Shown here: piece after piece, positions 33,924 to 44,777 of the stretch
Position numbering within the stretch: position 1 is the stretch's first letter
Layout of the letters: every line of letters starts with the position of its first letter
NCBI GenBank assembly: GCA_965644495.1
Contig: CBFFSA010000007.1
Span: forward strand, 682,001-746,000
Source of the DNA: Perkinsela sp. CCAP 1560/9
Lineage: Eukaryota > Protista > Euglenozoa: Kinetoplastea
DNA length: 64,000 nucleotides
Direction: 5' to 3'
Program-made: the position numbers and the translations under genes
Notes under the pieces: generated by a model
The model's database searches: none
Told to the model about the DNA's origin: nothing
The model's input: only the letters and a program-made list of their open reading frames with translations

Positions 33924-35840
33924 CAGAGGTCCCTAAAACTATATATAGATAGTTTATAGTGCTTCAAGAAAATTTATAAACCACCGTCCGGGTTATTATA
34001 CCTAGGAGGTATAATAAGTGTCCCTAGGTATAATAACTTTGCTTTGCAAAAATGGGTAAAAAAAACTTCGCGGCGCGTTCTTTTTCGTATTCCCCACAAC
34101 GTGTTATGATCCATTTGCAAGTTTCCCTATTGCGCCTGGGGAAACGTGCGCGAGTGTGGGAGGGAGTTTATTTTCTGGGGCTTTCCGGGGTAAAAGAACA
34201 TGAAATGCCATGAATACATATTTTTTCGTGGATACTATACCCCAACTCGTCAAAACTCTTGACAATGTCAATCTGATTTCTTGGTAAGTTTTCCTCATCA
34301 AACGCAACATTGAAATTTACGAGCAGTGAGGGGAAAAGATTGTGTTGCTTCGTAGTCGACAACAAAGAGCATGCACCAGCATGCTTTTACGTGTCCAGGC
34401 GAAGAATTAATACTTTCGGAGTGTTAGAGTTTAATTAACCCTTTCGGGGTGTTAATGTATGTTAGGGCGATCGTCCGTAATCCCGTCTTTGTGGCATAAA
34501 TCAGGGAGGCAATCAGAAAAATTGTGAAAAATGATGCGGTAGGGGGCAGGGGGAGGTATAATAAGGACCCTAGGGACACTTATTATACCTAGGAGGTACA
34601 ATATGTGTTCCTAGGTATAATAACCCGGACGGTGGTTTAGTACTATAAACCTCGTTTATAGTACTATAAACACTATATAGTATTATAAAAACTATATGGT
34701 GTTTATCAGTGTTTCATGTCCAGGAGGGCGCTCGGTAGACAGATCCGTCGATGGACCTGGAGGAATTTCGCAGGGAAGGAGAGAGCCGATGGAGGTGTAG
34801 AGGCTTAGAGGTCACGAGATGTCAGGTGGAGCAAGTGGTGTGGATACGCTGACGCGTAGAAAAAAGTGAAAAGAGTTCTAGTTTTTGTACAGAAATGGAA
34901 AAAGACGGGATCCTATAGCTCACAACAAGTTCTTCCCATAATGCTCTTTCCTTGTAGCGTGCAAACCGCCTTACAGTTGTACCTTGTTGTCATACTACAA
35001 CACGTTCTCAGACGGCCGCAGAGGTCGCGATGCGGCAGGAACAGATGAGTTCTCATCCAGAGGAACAAGTGGACGAGACATTACCAATCTATCCGTCTTC
35101 TCACAAGCGCAGAGCGACGCGACAACGCTCGCGTTCTGTTCCTCGTCTATCTAATCCTTTTACCCGAGTTGTAGAGGAGGAAATCCCGCAAACAAGCGTT
35201 CCAGACCCAAGATTGCACTCAGCGAACCAAATGGTGGAAGTATTTGGTGGTCTCTGTTGGAGGCGCTTGTTAGTTGGAGGCGCTTCTTAAGAACCAGCAG
35301 GAGCAGCAGTCTCTTTGGGAGCGGCGTAGCGCCCAAGCAAGTGAACGGTTTGAGACGCTTTAAGTAAAATACGGATCGGATCTTCGCTCCACGGCGGTGA
35401 ACGGGCGCATATGGCATCAACTCCCGGCACACCGGGAGATCAACCTTTGACACTGGACAAAGTCCGGGATGAAGTGCGAAAGATAAAAGATCTCTTGGAT
35501 GATTATGTCGTGGAATTGAAGGTAACCTGGTATTGGACAGGAGAGTCCCCAGCGTGTGCACAAACATGGAGAGGCGTGGCACACACGACGGGTCCTTGCT
35601 GGTGCCTGAGAAGGATTATGATGTGTTGGAAAATCGTCTCCGTGTGGGATTACGTATGCCGACTACATTAACTCCGGAATTGGAGGATAATATCATTGGA
35701 GGATAATATTGGAAAATTAAAATTCCAGGATCCAAGATTAAAATTTACTAAGAAAAATAGTAAAAAAATATAGTTATTATATATAATGTTTCAGAGTTTA
35801 TAGTACTATAAAATAGTTATTGTAGTTTTACTGACCTCTG
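33924..35840. mobile_element. hAT-like DNA transposon derivative with both TIRs and 8-bp TSD
   Basis: TIRs CAGAGGTCCCTAAAACTA / TAGTTTTACTGACCTCTG. TSD AGTCATAG at 33916-33923 and 35841-35848. No intact transposase; superfamily inferred from TSD length and CAG termini. Confidence 0.88.
33979..34637. mobile_element. MITE with TA TSD nested in the hAT-like element
   Basis: TA|AACCACCGTCCGGGTTATTATACCTAGGA ... TCCTAGGTATAATAACCCGGACGGTGGTT|TA. The empty site is visible in copy 1 near 8500 (AAGAAAATGTGTAGTACTAT). Confidence 0.93.
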
Positions 35841-35914
35841 AGTCATAGTGTTAGTCTTTTCAGGACAAATAGCACAAATAATGATAATCCACAAAATCCA
35901 ATGTCGAAGCACCC

Positions 35915-36583
35915 TTAATTTGCCTTTTTTCTTCTCTTATCAAATTTTCCCATAGAAGCAGTGGCAATATTTTTTTCTGTATGAGCAATCGCTCTTAGCT
36001 TTTCGGCATCCCGTGACTTCGGTTTGCGATCCTCTGTCCCACTTATTCCCCCACCGGCACGCTTCTTGTTTTTCAACCTCTTTCCCTCGATCACCTTCTG
36101 TTTTCGCTTTTTAGACTGTGCTTTGTCTAGAAAAGGATCTCCCTTCACGGCATTTGGAAGGTATGTCGTCTTTACCTCTTCAGCCCACTCAAACTTCCTA
36201 TTATGTTGTCGAGCTCGCTTTCCCCAACGATCTCTCCACTCTTTCGTGTTATCATCCCACATCTTATTTTGTTTTCTTCCCTTTGGTTTAATACCTTTTT
36301 TGCGGGCGAATTTTTCCCACGCCGTTTCTGTGTGACTTACTTGGGGAATGGGCTTCTCCCGGGGCAATACTTGCACCGGGGAAGGACATGTCACAATCTT
36401 GCCCTCCGGCAGAATGCGGCCTGGTAGTTCGTTGAGTTTATGTGAAAGAGTAGGCAGAGCGCTGCGCAGCGTATCAATCAAAGTCTTGTCGAAATCTGCG
36501 GCATGAGGGTCTGTAGAAACACCAGGACAATACCCGCAAAGGTTGCCGACATCGAATTCAACAGCACTGGGCAACTCCGTCAT
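35915..36583 (-). CDS. RRS1: Ribosome biogenesis regulatory protein RRS1
   Basis: FDVGNL, LPREKPIP..TAWEKFARKKGI, WDDNTKEWRDRWG, ATASMGKFD. Confidence 0.93.
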   Translation of the reverse strand: MTELPSAVEFDVGNLCGYCPGVSTDPHAADFDKTLIDTLRSALPTLSHKLNELPGRILPEGKIVTCPSPVQVLPREKPIPQVSHTETAWEKFARKKGIKPKGRKQNKMWDDNTKEWRDRWGKRARQHNRKFEWAEEVKTTYLPNAVKGDPFLDKAQSKKRKQKVIEGKRLKNKKRAGGGISGTEDRKPKSRDAEKLRAIAHTEKNIATASMGKFDKRRKKAN

Positions 36584-36783
36584 AATATACTACGTAAATG
36601 AAAAAAGGGTTCGAAAATGTACAGAGCGTTTTTCAACCAAATCAAGTTCTACGGAGTAAAGCACATCACTTCAAACGTCAAAAACACGAAGAACAAGAAC
36701 GTACTAAAACTATTTTCTCCAATAAAACCCACAATCAAAATCAACCCTTTTCACCAACCCTATCCCCCCTTTCCTACCTTCCC

Positions 36784-37947
36784 TTACTCCTCCCCTTCTC
36801 CCTCCCCTTCCCCCTCCTCCCCCTCCCCCACCGCCACCCACCTCTCCTCCCACACCCCCGTCCCCTCACACTCCATCGCATCCTCCCGCCCCCCCCGCGG
36901 CCGCAGCCCAAACCCGCTCTCCGACACCCCCCGCACCACCCCCAGCCCCCGCCCCAGCGTGCTGAGCACCACACTTCGGGGATCCGACACCGAGACGACC
37001 TCGGCGCGTATCGAGTCCCCGGGGCGGAAGCACGAACTCAGGGGGCAGTGCGTCGTAGCACTACTACTAGCACTCCCCCCTCCCCTGCCGCCCCCCGCGA
37101 CCCCCACCGGGACGTCCGGCCGTACCTCCTCGGGGCGCAGCACGGCGTGGTGGGGGAAGGGGAGGGGGGCGCCGCGCAGGGTGGTGAGGTCGACGAACAC
37201 GGCGGTGCGGGTGACCCGGGTGACGGTGCCGGTGACGGGGTCGTGCAGGGCGGGGAGGAGGGCGTCGAGGGGGGGAGGGGGGAGGGCGAGGGGGGTAGAG
37301 GGAGGGGGGAGGGGGGGAGAGGGGGCCGTGGGTGAAGGCGTAGAGCCGTGGGAAGGCACCGTGGTGGAGGGCGCATTGGAGCCGTGAGTAGGCACAGGGG
37401 TAGAGGGAGCAGTAGAGCCGTGAGAAGGGACAGGGGTAGAGGGGGGATTAGAGCCGGTAAAGGGGACGCCGGTAGAGGGGGGGTTAGAGCTGTTAGAGGG
37501 GGCAGGGGTAGAGGACGTGTTCGTAGGCAGAACGGGAGAGGACAGCGAAGTAGCCGTGGTAGAAGAGGCTTTAGGGGGGAAAGCGGGAGCGGAGGACGAG
37601 TTAGAGGGAACAGCGGTGGAGAGAGCTGCAGGGGAGGTGGAGGGAACCGGGATAGCGGGAGGGGTAGAGGCGTTGGAGTAGGAGGTGACAAGCGTTGTGC
37701 CGGATGGGAGAGAAAGGGAGTCGTTGTATAATGCAAACCGAGCCGGTCGGGAGAGTGGACGTACGGAGATTGTGGTGGAAGGAGACGAAGAGGAGGGGGA
37801 GGAAGCATCGGGGAGTAGAAGTAGACCGAGCCTCGCGGAGAGGAGATGGGAACCGTAGGGGTAGACGCCTTCACCGCAGGTGAGTTGGGAGGCGTCGCCG
37901 AGGGGGGTTCCGGGGAAGACAAGGGTATGGTGGGGGAGGAAGGCCAT
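36784..37947 (-). CDS. CSL4: Exosome cap subunit CSL4 with long Pro/Ser/Thr insertion
   Basis: N-terminal VFPGTPLG...GEGVY; S1 domain LPALHDPVTGTVTRV..AVLRPEEVR..CFRPGDSIRAEVVS..VLST..LGVV; C-terminal MECEGTGVWEERWVA. Confidence 0.85.
   Translation of the reverse strand: MAFLPHHTLVFPGTPLGDASQLTCGEGVYPYGSHLLSARLGLLLLPDASSPSSSSPSTTISVRPLSRPARFALYNDSLSLPSGTTLVTSYSNASTPPAIPVPSTSPAALSTAVPSNSSSAPAFPPKASSTTATSLSSPVLPTNTSSTPAPSNSSNPPSTGVPFTGSNPPSTPVPSHGSTAPSTPVPTHGSNAPSTTVPSHGSTPSPTAPSPPLPPPSTPLALPPPPLDALLPALHDPVTGTVTRVTRTAVFVDLTTLRGAPLPFPHHAVLRPEEVRPDVPVGVAGGGRGGGSASSSATTHCPLSSCFRPGDSIRAEVVSVSDPRSVVLSTLGRGLGVVRGVSESGFGLRPRGGREDAMECEGTGVWEERWVAVGEGEEGEGEGEGEE
37338..37515. repeat. 36-bp minisatellite (~5 copies) inside CSL4
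   Basis: Units like GTAGAGCCGTGAGAAGGGACAGGGGTAGAGGGGGGA, encoding PSTPVPSHGSTA-type 12-mers. Confidence 0.8.
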
Positions 37948-38362
37948 AGGAAAAAATGGGATGGTGGATGAAACGGTGTAGGAACAGACAGAAGGTTCTG
38001 TGTATAAAAACTCGATTGTTGTTTGATTATTGGATTGTACGAAGATGTTTTCAAAATACTGAGCTTGTTATAATTGCTCTATAATATAAGTCGTATATGT
38101 TTTAATGATTGGTCTGTTGACGTACTAGCCTTTGTCGGTTCTAAACCGATAAGAGTGAATGAACAGGTTTCTTTGAAAGATTTTCTGTTGCTGCACAAAT
38201 GTACTAATCAGCACCCACAAGATAAATTCCATGGATGACTGCATGCTATGATATTCCAAACGTACAATATTCATGTAAGAATTTCGCGAATCTGACAACC
38301 AAGTATTCTAGAATGTTTAAACTCGTTGAATTTTATCAAACTCAGTATCCTTGAAGTTTGCA

Positions 38363-41300
38363 TTACGATATTGCTTTTCGACGTCGCTGGACTTTTTTGT
38401 GACTAACCGACTCTACGCGAGGAGAATCAGTTAAGAACGCGTGCAGCGTGGAGGCCAGTGACTTATCCCTACCTGGAGACATTACAGGGACCAAAGAACG
38501 CATTACAGGAGAGACGCCCTCTTGTACCTTCGATATACTTTTCTCCTGTAGCTGTTCACGATGCCGGCGTGCCCATACACCCACCGGAGAGGCCTCTACA
38601 ACACCTGATTTATTTGACAACGTTCTTTTAGCGGGTGCTATGTGATTCGCCTTTGTAGGCCCCCGAGGCTTGCTTCTTGAGGTCTTGGACTTATTATTTG
38701 CTGTAGCTACGAGCGAAGGAGATGCGGAATGTTTATGCGAAGGATTCAAGCGGTTTTGAGTTGAAGAAAGGGGAGTATTGACATCTGCTTGTGATTGTGA
38801 GAGTCGTCGTTTTGGTAAAAGAGCGACTGTATCTGTGGGCAGTGTGTTGGCGATTTCTTTTTGCTTCGTAGCAGGTGATCGACGTGTTAAAACGGGCGTG
38901 ACATTGCGGAGAAGAGTTCGCGATGTGGGTGAAGATTGGAGTGTACGGTCCAATTTTTTAGTCTTTTCTAGAGGTTTGTTTGCAGACTTTCTGGTACTGG
39001 CACAGATTCCACGTGTTGCAGTTTTGCGCAGACGAGGAGGAGTGGATAATTTGGCTCTCGCCGTTGTGGGAAGGTTGTCTGCACCCGATTTTGATTCCCG
39101 ATTTTTAGACCTCACATCCTTTGGACCTTTCTGATGCGTCAAGCCGGTCCTAGACTTGGATCGCTTTGACTCCTTCTGTTTTTCGTAGGAGCGCGAGCGA
39201 TTGCGTTTTTGTGAACGAGAAACAGAGATCGAGGCTTTAAATAAAGATTTATGTTTTGTTACGCTGCGCGTGCCTAATTCAGTTTTTGAAGTCGGTAAAA
39301 CGTTCTTTCTGGATGACCCTTTAGATTCTGCTCTGGCCTTTACACGCGCTGCAATAGAGTGTGCATTCAAAGGTGACGAATGTATCACGGAGGGAGAAAC
39401 CGAACTACGTTTGCTTTTACCTTTGACAGGCGATGGGCTGCGACTGTTACTTTCAACGGGTGTACTTCCGTCTGAAATTGTGGAAAATGTTTGCGAAAAT
39501 ACGTCTAGCTCAAGAGCGCTGGTTTCAAGAGCTTCGTCGGTAATACACATCGGAGCTGAGGAATTTTTTTCGAGGACGGATTCGCGATTTGTGCTACAGA
39601 CATGCGCAGAGGAACCTGGAAAAGCATTTTTTTTTGTAGAGAGCAATGCAGAACTGGCGTTCAATTTGGTTGATAAACCAGTGCGAGTGTTCAATGCTTT
39701 GCGCCCAGGGTTGGATCTGCTAGATTTATTTTTTCCAGTAGTCTTGGCTAGGACTTTCCCGCTCTTCTTTGATGAAATACTTGGAGATTGTTCTATAAGC
39801 ATGCTGATGTTATGAAGTACACTAAATCCAGAATCCATTTCAGGGGGTGGTACTTCCGCACTTCTTTCTGGCAATTCTATTGACACACTGTGATTATAAG
39901 ATGCATGCTCCATTGCGATATCGGAACTTAGTGGCAGTGAAAGACTTTTTTGTCCGAATGCTCGCAGTTGTGCACTTAGGGCCCGAACTTCATGTTCACG
40001 TCCGGCAACTCTGCTGTGTATTAAAGAGAGCTCTGTAGTCATTTTTTCACTTTCTTGCGTGTATTGACCAGTAAGCGGGTCATTAGAGGGGTTCAAATCC
40101 CTACCTAATGATCTGGCCCGAGTATAGGTCTCACGTAATTGATGTAGGGTTCGAGTCTTGCGTTCGACATCCTGAACAAAATTATGAGGATGTACCATAG
40201 CGTGCTCTTTTTCAGATGCTTCTGTAGCTTCCATGTGCTTTTGACGCTTTGCTCGATGCTCGATCTCGTCTTCTCTTGTTCTTATGGACTTTTCCTGGGC
40301 TGCAGTAACTGCGTCAATCCAATGTTGCTTTCGAGTATTCGTAAGTGCCAATGCTTCAGCATTCACTGATGTCGCATGTTCGTACTCTATACGAGTTCTC
40401 TTGCGATCTCCTCGAATAGTATCAAGATCTTTTTGGCATTTTGCCAGGATATCTTGTGATTCTCTCCCTTGTTCCAAAACTCGGAGCAATTGATTTTTCC
40501 GCTCAGCGACTTCTTTTTGAGTCAAGCGGTGGGTACAGTATTCATCAAACAGTGTTTTAGCAATTGCATTAAGTTGCACGGTAGCCTTTTCTTTTACTTC
40601 CACCAGACTATGAACAAGTGAGGCTCTGAAAAAATTGCGTCGAAGAGATGTGAAACGCAGAGCTCCGCTTAAAGCTCCTCTCCATCCCGCGGCAACACCG
40701 CTAGCGTACGTATGCCGTAACCGTGCCTGCACACTTTGAGCATACTCTGGGAATGTTCCCAAACCGTCTCGAATGCGTGCCAAGACCCTTGAGTAATTTA
40801 TGGAAACATACAGTCGAGCGTCACGTAACGTTGTCAGATGACGTAGCGTATTAAGTGTCATGCCGACCGAGCGCGACTCATTCGCAATGCTCACTATGGT
40901 GGTGAATAATCCCCCACCAAGAAGGATATGAGAGCAAAGTTTTTCTATTGCATGAAGTGGACGCTTCATATTAAAATCTTTATTTTCTGAATCAACAGCA
41001 GTCCCTCCAGGAGCAGTCAGAATTCCAGTCGACTGTGAAGGAGTCAATATTTGTTTGGAATCAAGGGTACCATGCTCCACTAAAGATTCCATTGAGCTCC
41101 AAAACACGTCGATTAAATGCCGAGAAGGGTTGCCTTGCCACACCTTAGTATGAGACTCTTTATCAGAAAGTTGGGGAATATAGGCCAACGTAAGTGTAGA
41201 CCGTGCATCGCGTCCCTGTTCTATTGCTTGCAGAATCTCAACAACAATAAGGATGGCGCCTGTTTCTCGGGATTCTGCTTCATACTTTTCATCAGCGCCA

Positions 41301-41899
41301 GGTACGTTCTCTGTTGCTAAAAAGGAAGTGAAGAAATGATGCAAATCCTGCGCACAGCTCAATTCTTGGTAGTCCTCATGTGACGCAAACAATCCATGAT
41401 TGGTATGCCACAAGTCAAGATCAACAGCTTCTGGATTCTGTTTTCCATATAAACTAGTATGAAGAACTGAAGAGTTTACGTTTCGCTTTTTACGCAATGT
41501 AGTATCCCGGATAGTAAGAACTTCATTGTCCGGAGTAATATGGAGGGCTGCTGCCGAGCAGTAGCGCTCTGCTGCATCTGGTGCGGTGACAATTGTACGC
41601 AAAGAGTTCTTGCATAACGCCAGGAAAATTTCGGGTGTCTCGGTAGAGCTCCCAAGAAATACAAGCGAGACGTTTACGCCGCATAGAGCATGCTTCACTT
41701 TCCGTTCCAAGACTTCACGGTACAGATTGGGAACCGCATCAGAAGTTGTTATGTTTGGATAAATGGCTCCAGGAGCAAAACTTTCCGCTTCAGAACCCTT
41801 CAGTTTAAGCGTATGAGAACCAATTTTACTCCAAACTGGCTCTTGTTGAGCGCGACGATTCAGAAGTACCGCAACATCAACGGTGCCGTGGTTAGTCAT
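38363..41899 (-). CDS. Divergent kinesin-like protein (degenerate motor, coiled coil, basic disordered tail)
   Basis: LYREVLERKVKHALCGVNVSLVFLG and LLGGGLFTTIVSI..MTLNTLRH...VSIN resemble the start and end of a kinesin motor. The P-loop GxxGxGKT and the switch motifs are absent. Confidence 0.6.
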   Translation of the reverse strand: MTNHGTVDVAVLLNRRAQQEPVWSKIGSHTLKLKGSEAESFAPGAIYPNITTSDAVPNLYREVLERKVKHALCGVNVSLVFLGSSTETPEIFLALCKNSLRTIVTAPDAAERYCSAAALHITPDNEVLTIRDTTLRKKRNVNSSVLHTSLYGKQNPEAVDLDLWHTNHGLFASHEDYQELSCAQDLHHFFTSFLATENVPGADEKYEAESRETGAILIVVEILQAIEQGRDARSTLTLAYIPQLSDKESHTKVWQGNPSRHLIDVFWSSMESLVEHGTLDSKQILTPSQSTGILTAPGGTAVDSENKDFNMKRPLHAIEKLCSHILLGGGLFTTIVSIANESRSVGMTLNTLRHLTTLRDARLYVSINYSRVLARIRDGLGTFPEYAQSVQARLRHTYASGVAAGWRGALSGALRFTSLRRNFFRASLVHSLVEVKEKATVQLNAIAKTLFDEYCTHRLTQKEVAERKNQLLRVLEQGRESQDILAKCQKDLDTIRGDRKRTRIEYEHATSVNAEALALTNTRKQHWIDAVTAAQEKSIRTREDEIEHRAKRQKHMEATEASEKEHAMVHPHNFVQDVERKTRTLHQLRETYTRARSLGRDLNPSNDPLTGQYTQESEKMTTELSLIHSRVAGREHEVRALSAQLRAFGQKSLSLPLSSDIAMEHASYNHSVSIELPERSAEVPPPEMDSGFSVLHNISMLIEQSPSISSKKSGKVLAKTTGKNKSSRSNPGRKALNTRTGLSTKLNASSALLSTKKNAFPGSSAHVCSTNRESVLEKNSSAPMCITDEALETSALELDVFSQTFSTISDGSTPVESNSRSPSPVKGKSKRSSVSPSVIHSSPLNAHSIAARVKARAESKGSSRKNVLPTSKTELGTRSVTKHKSLFKASISVSRSQKRNRSRSYEKQKESKRSKSRTGLTHQKGPKDVRSKNRESKSGADNLPTTARAKLSTPPRLRKTATRGICASTRKSANKPLEKTKKLDRTLQSSPTSRTLLRNVTPVLTRRSPATKQKEIANTLPTDTVALLPKRRLSQSQADVNTPLSSTQNRLNPSHKHSASPSLVATANNKSKTSRSKPRGPTKANHIAPAKRTLSNKSGVVEASPVGVWARRHREQLQEKSISKVQEGVSPVMRSLVPVMSPGRDKSLASTLHAFLTDSPRVESVSHKKVQRRRKAIS

Positions 41900-42213
41900 T
41901 TAATAGAAATGTTCAGTGTTAAAGAAATGCATCATACGCGTAAATTCATTGGCCAATATTTATTGCCCAAGCAAAAATTATCTTTCTTTTTTAAGCTTAA
42001 TGTAAAAAGATAAATGTTTAAAAAATAGTATTCTCCTACATACTGTACAGATGTATGACAGAAAGAACTTTTGTTACATTCGATTGCAAAAGAAAAAAAG
42101 TGGACAATTTAAAAAAAGTGTACAATTTACTTACCGTCACAAGATTGGTTTTCGTGGAAAGGTTAGCTAGCAACAATCTTTGAAGCATTGCGGAATGAAA
42201 TATTATGTTTCGT

Positions 42214-42912
42214 TCACCCTACCAATCCTCTGTGCCTTCCATTTATTTGAAGCTTTTTATTGTTCGCCAATACGAGCACAAGGACGCGTTCTGATACGTT
42301 GCTAACATCAACCTCACCCTCAAGGCGGTTGTCATTTAGATTGAGCTCCTGTAATAACACAGGCAAACTGCTTAAAAAAATCTCTCCGCTGAACCGGTTT
42401 TCGTTTAGATGCAACCATTTTAGACGAGAGGGCAAGTGGGTCAGGTCGAGGCTACCGGTGAAGTCATTTTTCCCCAAGAAAACTTCAGTGAGACTGCGAG
42501 GAAAGGTAGGTAAGGGTACTTGTCCAGTGAAATGGTTGTCACTAAGGTAGAGTTCTATTAGATTTTTCGGCAAAGAAGAAAAACGAACTTCTCCTTGCAA
42601 ATCGTTGCTATGCAGATAAAGTGCTGTGAGTGTTTGCGGAATATACTCCCAGCTTATATTACCCTTCAGTCCTTGACGAGCCCAGTGGAGGCGATGCAAT
42701 TCTGTGTATGCCGTGTCAAATGCTACTCCACTCCAAAACGTGCATGGTACACCTTCTTTCCAGCTTACATGAAGGGGGTGCACATTCTGAAGTAGGCGCA
42801 GCAACAAAATTTCTGGAGGAAGCACGAGACCGCGTACTTTTCCGCAGCGAACAGGCGTCATCGCGTCAGCATGCGATACACACGAGAGAGAGTATCGTGA
42901 TGAATGTAGCAT
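42214..42912 (-). CDS. Leucine-rich repeat protein
   Basis: PCTFWSGV cap and LPxxLxxLxLxxNxFxG repeats. Confidence 0.9.
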   Translation of the reverse strand: MLHSSRYSLSCVSHADAMTPVRCGKVRGLVLPPEILLLRLLQNVHPLHVSWKEGVPCTFWSGVAFDTAYTELHRLHWARQGLKGNISWEYIPQTLTALYLHSNDLQGEVRFSSLPKNLIELYLSDNHFTGQVPLPTFPRSLTEVFLGKNDFTGSLDLTHLPSRLKWLHLNENRFSGEIFLSSLPVLLQELNLNDNRLEGEVDVSNVSERVLVLVLANNKKLQINGRHRGLVG

Positions 42913-43274
42913 GAAAGTTTAAAAAAGCTGGAAATAATAAAAGATAAAGCTGAATAAATCTAATAAAAACAAAGAAATTCAGTGTTTTTGATAAACACAG
43001 ACCGAGAATTGTACAAAAAAGAGAAGCAAAGTGGACAATAAAAACGAAGAGAGTGATCCCTTATTAGCTTTATATCTTAATGTGCACGATTCACGTATAA
43101 ATACACGTGAGGAATTTTGGGCCCTCATATTGGGCCTCACCCGCAGCCTCTCACGTATTTATACTGTTACAGTATAAATACAGTCTGTATACATTCTGTA
43201 TATCCGATCCTGGGTAAATAGAACAAAATAAACCAAATGAAAACACTGGTCCCAGTATCGTGAAGTGTCAGACT

Positions 43275-44354
43275 TCACCGCTGCAAACTCCTTTGAGGTC
43301 TGCCTTTATTCAAAACATCAAGCAACTGGCACGCTCTACACAGTCTTTGTGATGTCATGTAGCTACATCTCTCACATTTGCCAATGTCTGACGACCTCCA
43401 ATCACCCACATTTATTTCTCCTTTTCTCATGCATTGTCCGTGAAGTTCAATATTAGGCGAAGTTCTCGTGCTACTTTCTGTAATAGTATCTCGATTCTCA
43501 GGATCTTTTCGTTCAAACGATTCCCCACTCTGCACAATACGGAGCACGGACCTACTGTCGACGGATTCCAATTCCTTTAAAAAGTTTCGAACATATCCTC
43601 TGAATGCTTCCTTTGCGTAAGTACATTCGGTAGAGAAATAATCCAGCTTGCGGTGGCGCGCGTAGAGCACAATTTCTTTTTCGTAAGCATATTTCAAAGG
43701 TTTAACTCGAGGAAGCGTAAATCCAGCTTTCTCACCTGTGTTGGTAGAAATTGAGGTGCAACGAACAAGACGCGCGCTATCACCTCTTAAAAGATTCATT
43801 AGAATAGTCTCGGCCAAATCATCTAAATTATGGCCCGTTGCTATCTTGTCTACGTGAAGTTGTATCGCACCGCGATCCAATGCTTGTCGACGAAAAACGC
43901 CGCAAAAAGTACAGTTCGATTTTGTCCCTATATGGGACACAATTTCGTCCATCGACCACCCATACAATTCTCTATAGCTTAGCACGTGAAGAGGCAAATT
44001 GTACTCCATCATATTCCTCTGAACTGTACGAAGAGAATCATCTCGGTAACCACGAATGCCTTCATCAATACTCAACAAAACAAGCTCTAAACCATAATGG
44101 TGAGTACGATTTAGGCGAAACAATACATCAAGAAGGACGGTGCTATCTTTTCCACCACTCGCACCAATGGCAACTCGTTCACCCGAGTTAAATAATTGAT
44201 ATTTCGTAATAGTGCCGTGGACTTCCATCTCAAAAATTTGCAAAAAGCAAGAACGACACAACAGAGCGCCATTTTTAGGGCGCCGCAATACAGGTGCTGA
44301 TTCCCTGCAGTGCTCACAGATTGGTCCGATCGATGCGCTTGAATATGGTGGCAT
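43275..44354 (-). CDS. CTU1: Cytoplasmic tRNA 2-thiolation protein 1
   Basis: CxxC pairs, PP-loop [40 protein letters not shown]-terminal CERC..CRAC. Confidence 0.97.
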   Translation of the reverse strand: MPPYSSASIGPICEHCRESAPVLRRPKNGALLCRSCFLQIFEMEVHGTITKYQLFNSGERVAIGASGGKDSTVLLDVLFRLNRTHHYGLELVLLSIDEGIRGYRDDSLRTVQRNMMEYNLPLHVLSYRELYGWSMDEIVSHIGTKSNCTFCGVFRRQALDRGAIQLHVDKIATGHNLDDLAETILMNLLRGDSARLVRCTSISTNTGEKAGFTLPRVKPLKYAYEKEIVLYARHRKLDYFSTECTYAKEAFRGYVRNFLKELESVDSRSVLRIVQSGESFERKDPENRDTITESSTRTSPNIELHGQCMRKGEINVGDWRSSDIGKCERCSYMTSQRLCRACQLLDVLNKGRPQRSLQR

Positions 44355-44777
44355 CTAGCGATGTTGCGTCAGATGTTTCATGTCGTTTAATACTATAAAG
44401 AGGCCGCTACAACCAACCAAAAAAATGAAGCAATTTTGTTTTGTACAGAGTGTGTAAGTAGGTGGTGCATTGATGTGTAAATGCATGTAGACACCTGTAA
44501 GAACCTGTACGGTATCCAGATATACATGAATGTTGGGTTTCGTCAAGATTTTACAAAATTTAGGTTGGATCTTTGCGTGATAAACCAATTTTTAGTAGTG
44601 AAACGCAGAGTATAAGAAGGCATATAATAAAGAAATATTGCGCTTAATCAACCATGTCCTCCTGCGATCTACAGTGAGCTACGTTCTGACATCACATTCT
44701 AGACTTTATAAATAACATTGCTTGGTACATTCAGAAGAACATCATTTTTAATATTCATTCCAAAACCGTTCAATTAT

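Noticed and set aside
36598-38054. Long overlapping ORFs on both strands at CSL4 (likewise at MORN1 and 52-53 kb)
   Set aside because: By-products of stop-poor, GC-rich, skewed sequence; they have no domain motifs.
43095-43164. Small imperfect hairpin GTATAAATAC..GTGAG / CTCACGTATTTATAC
   Set aside because: Too short and imperfect, and single-copy here; cannot distinguish a MITE relic from chance.
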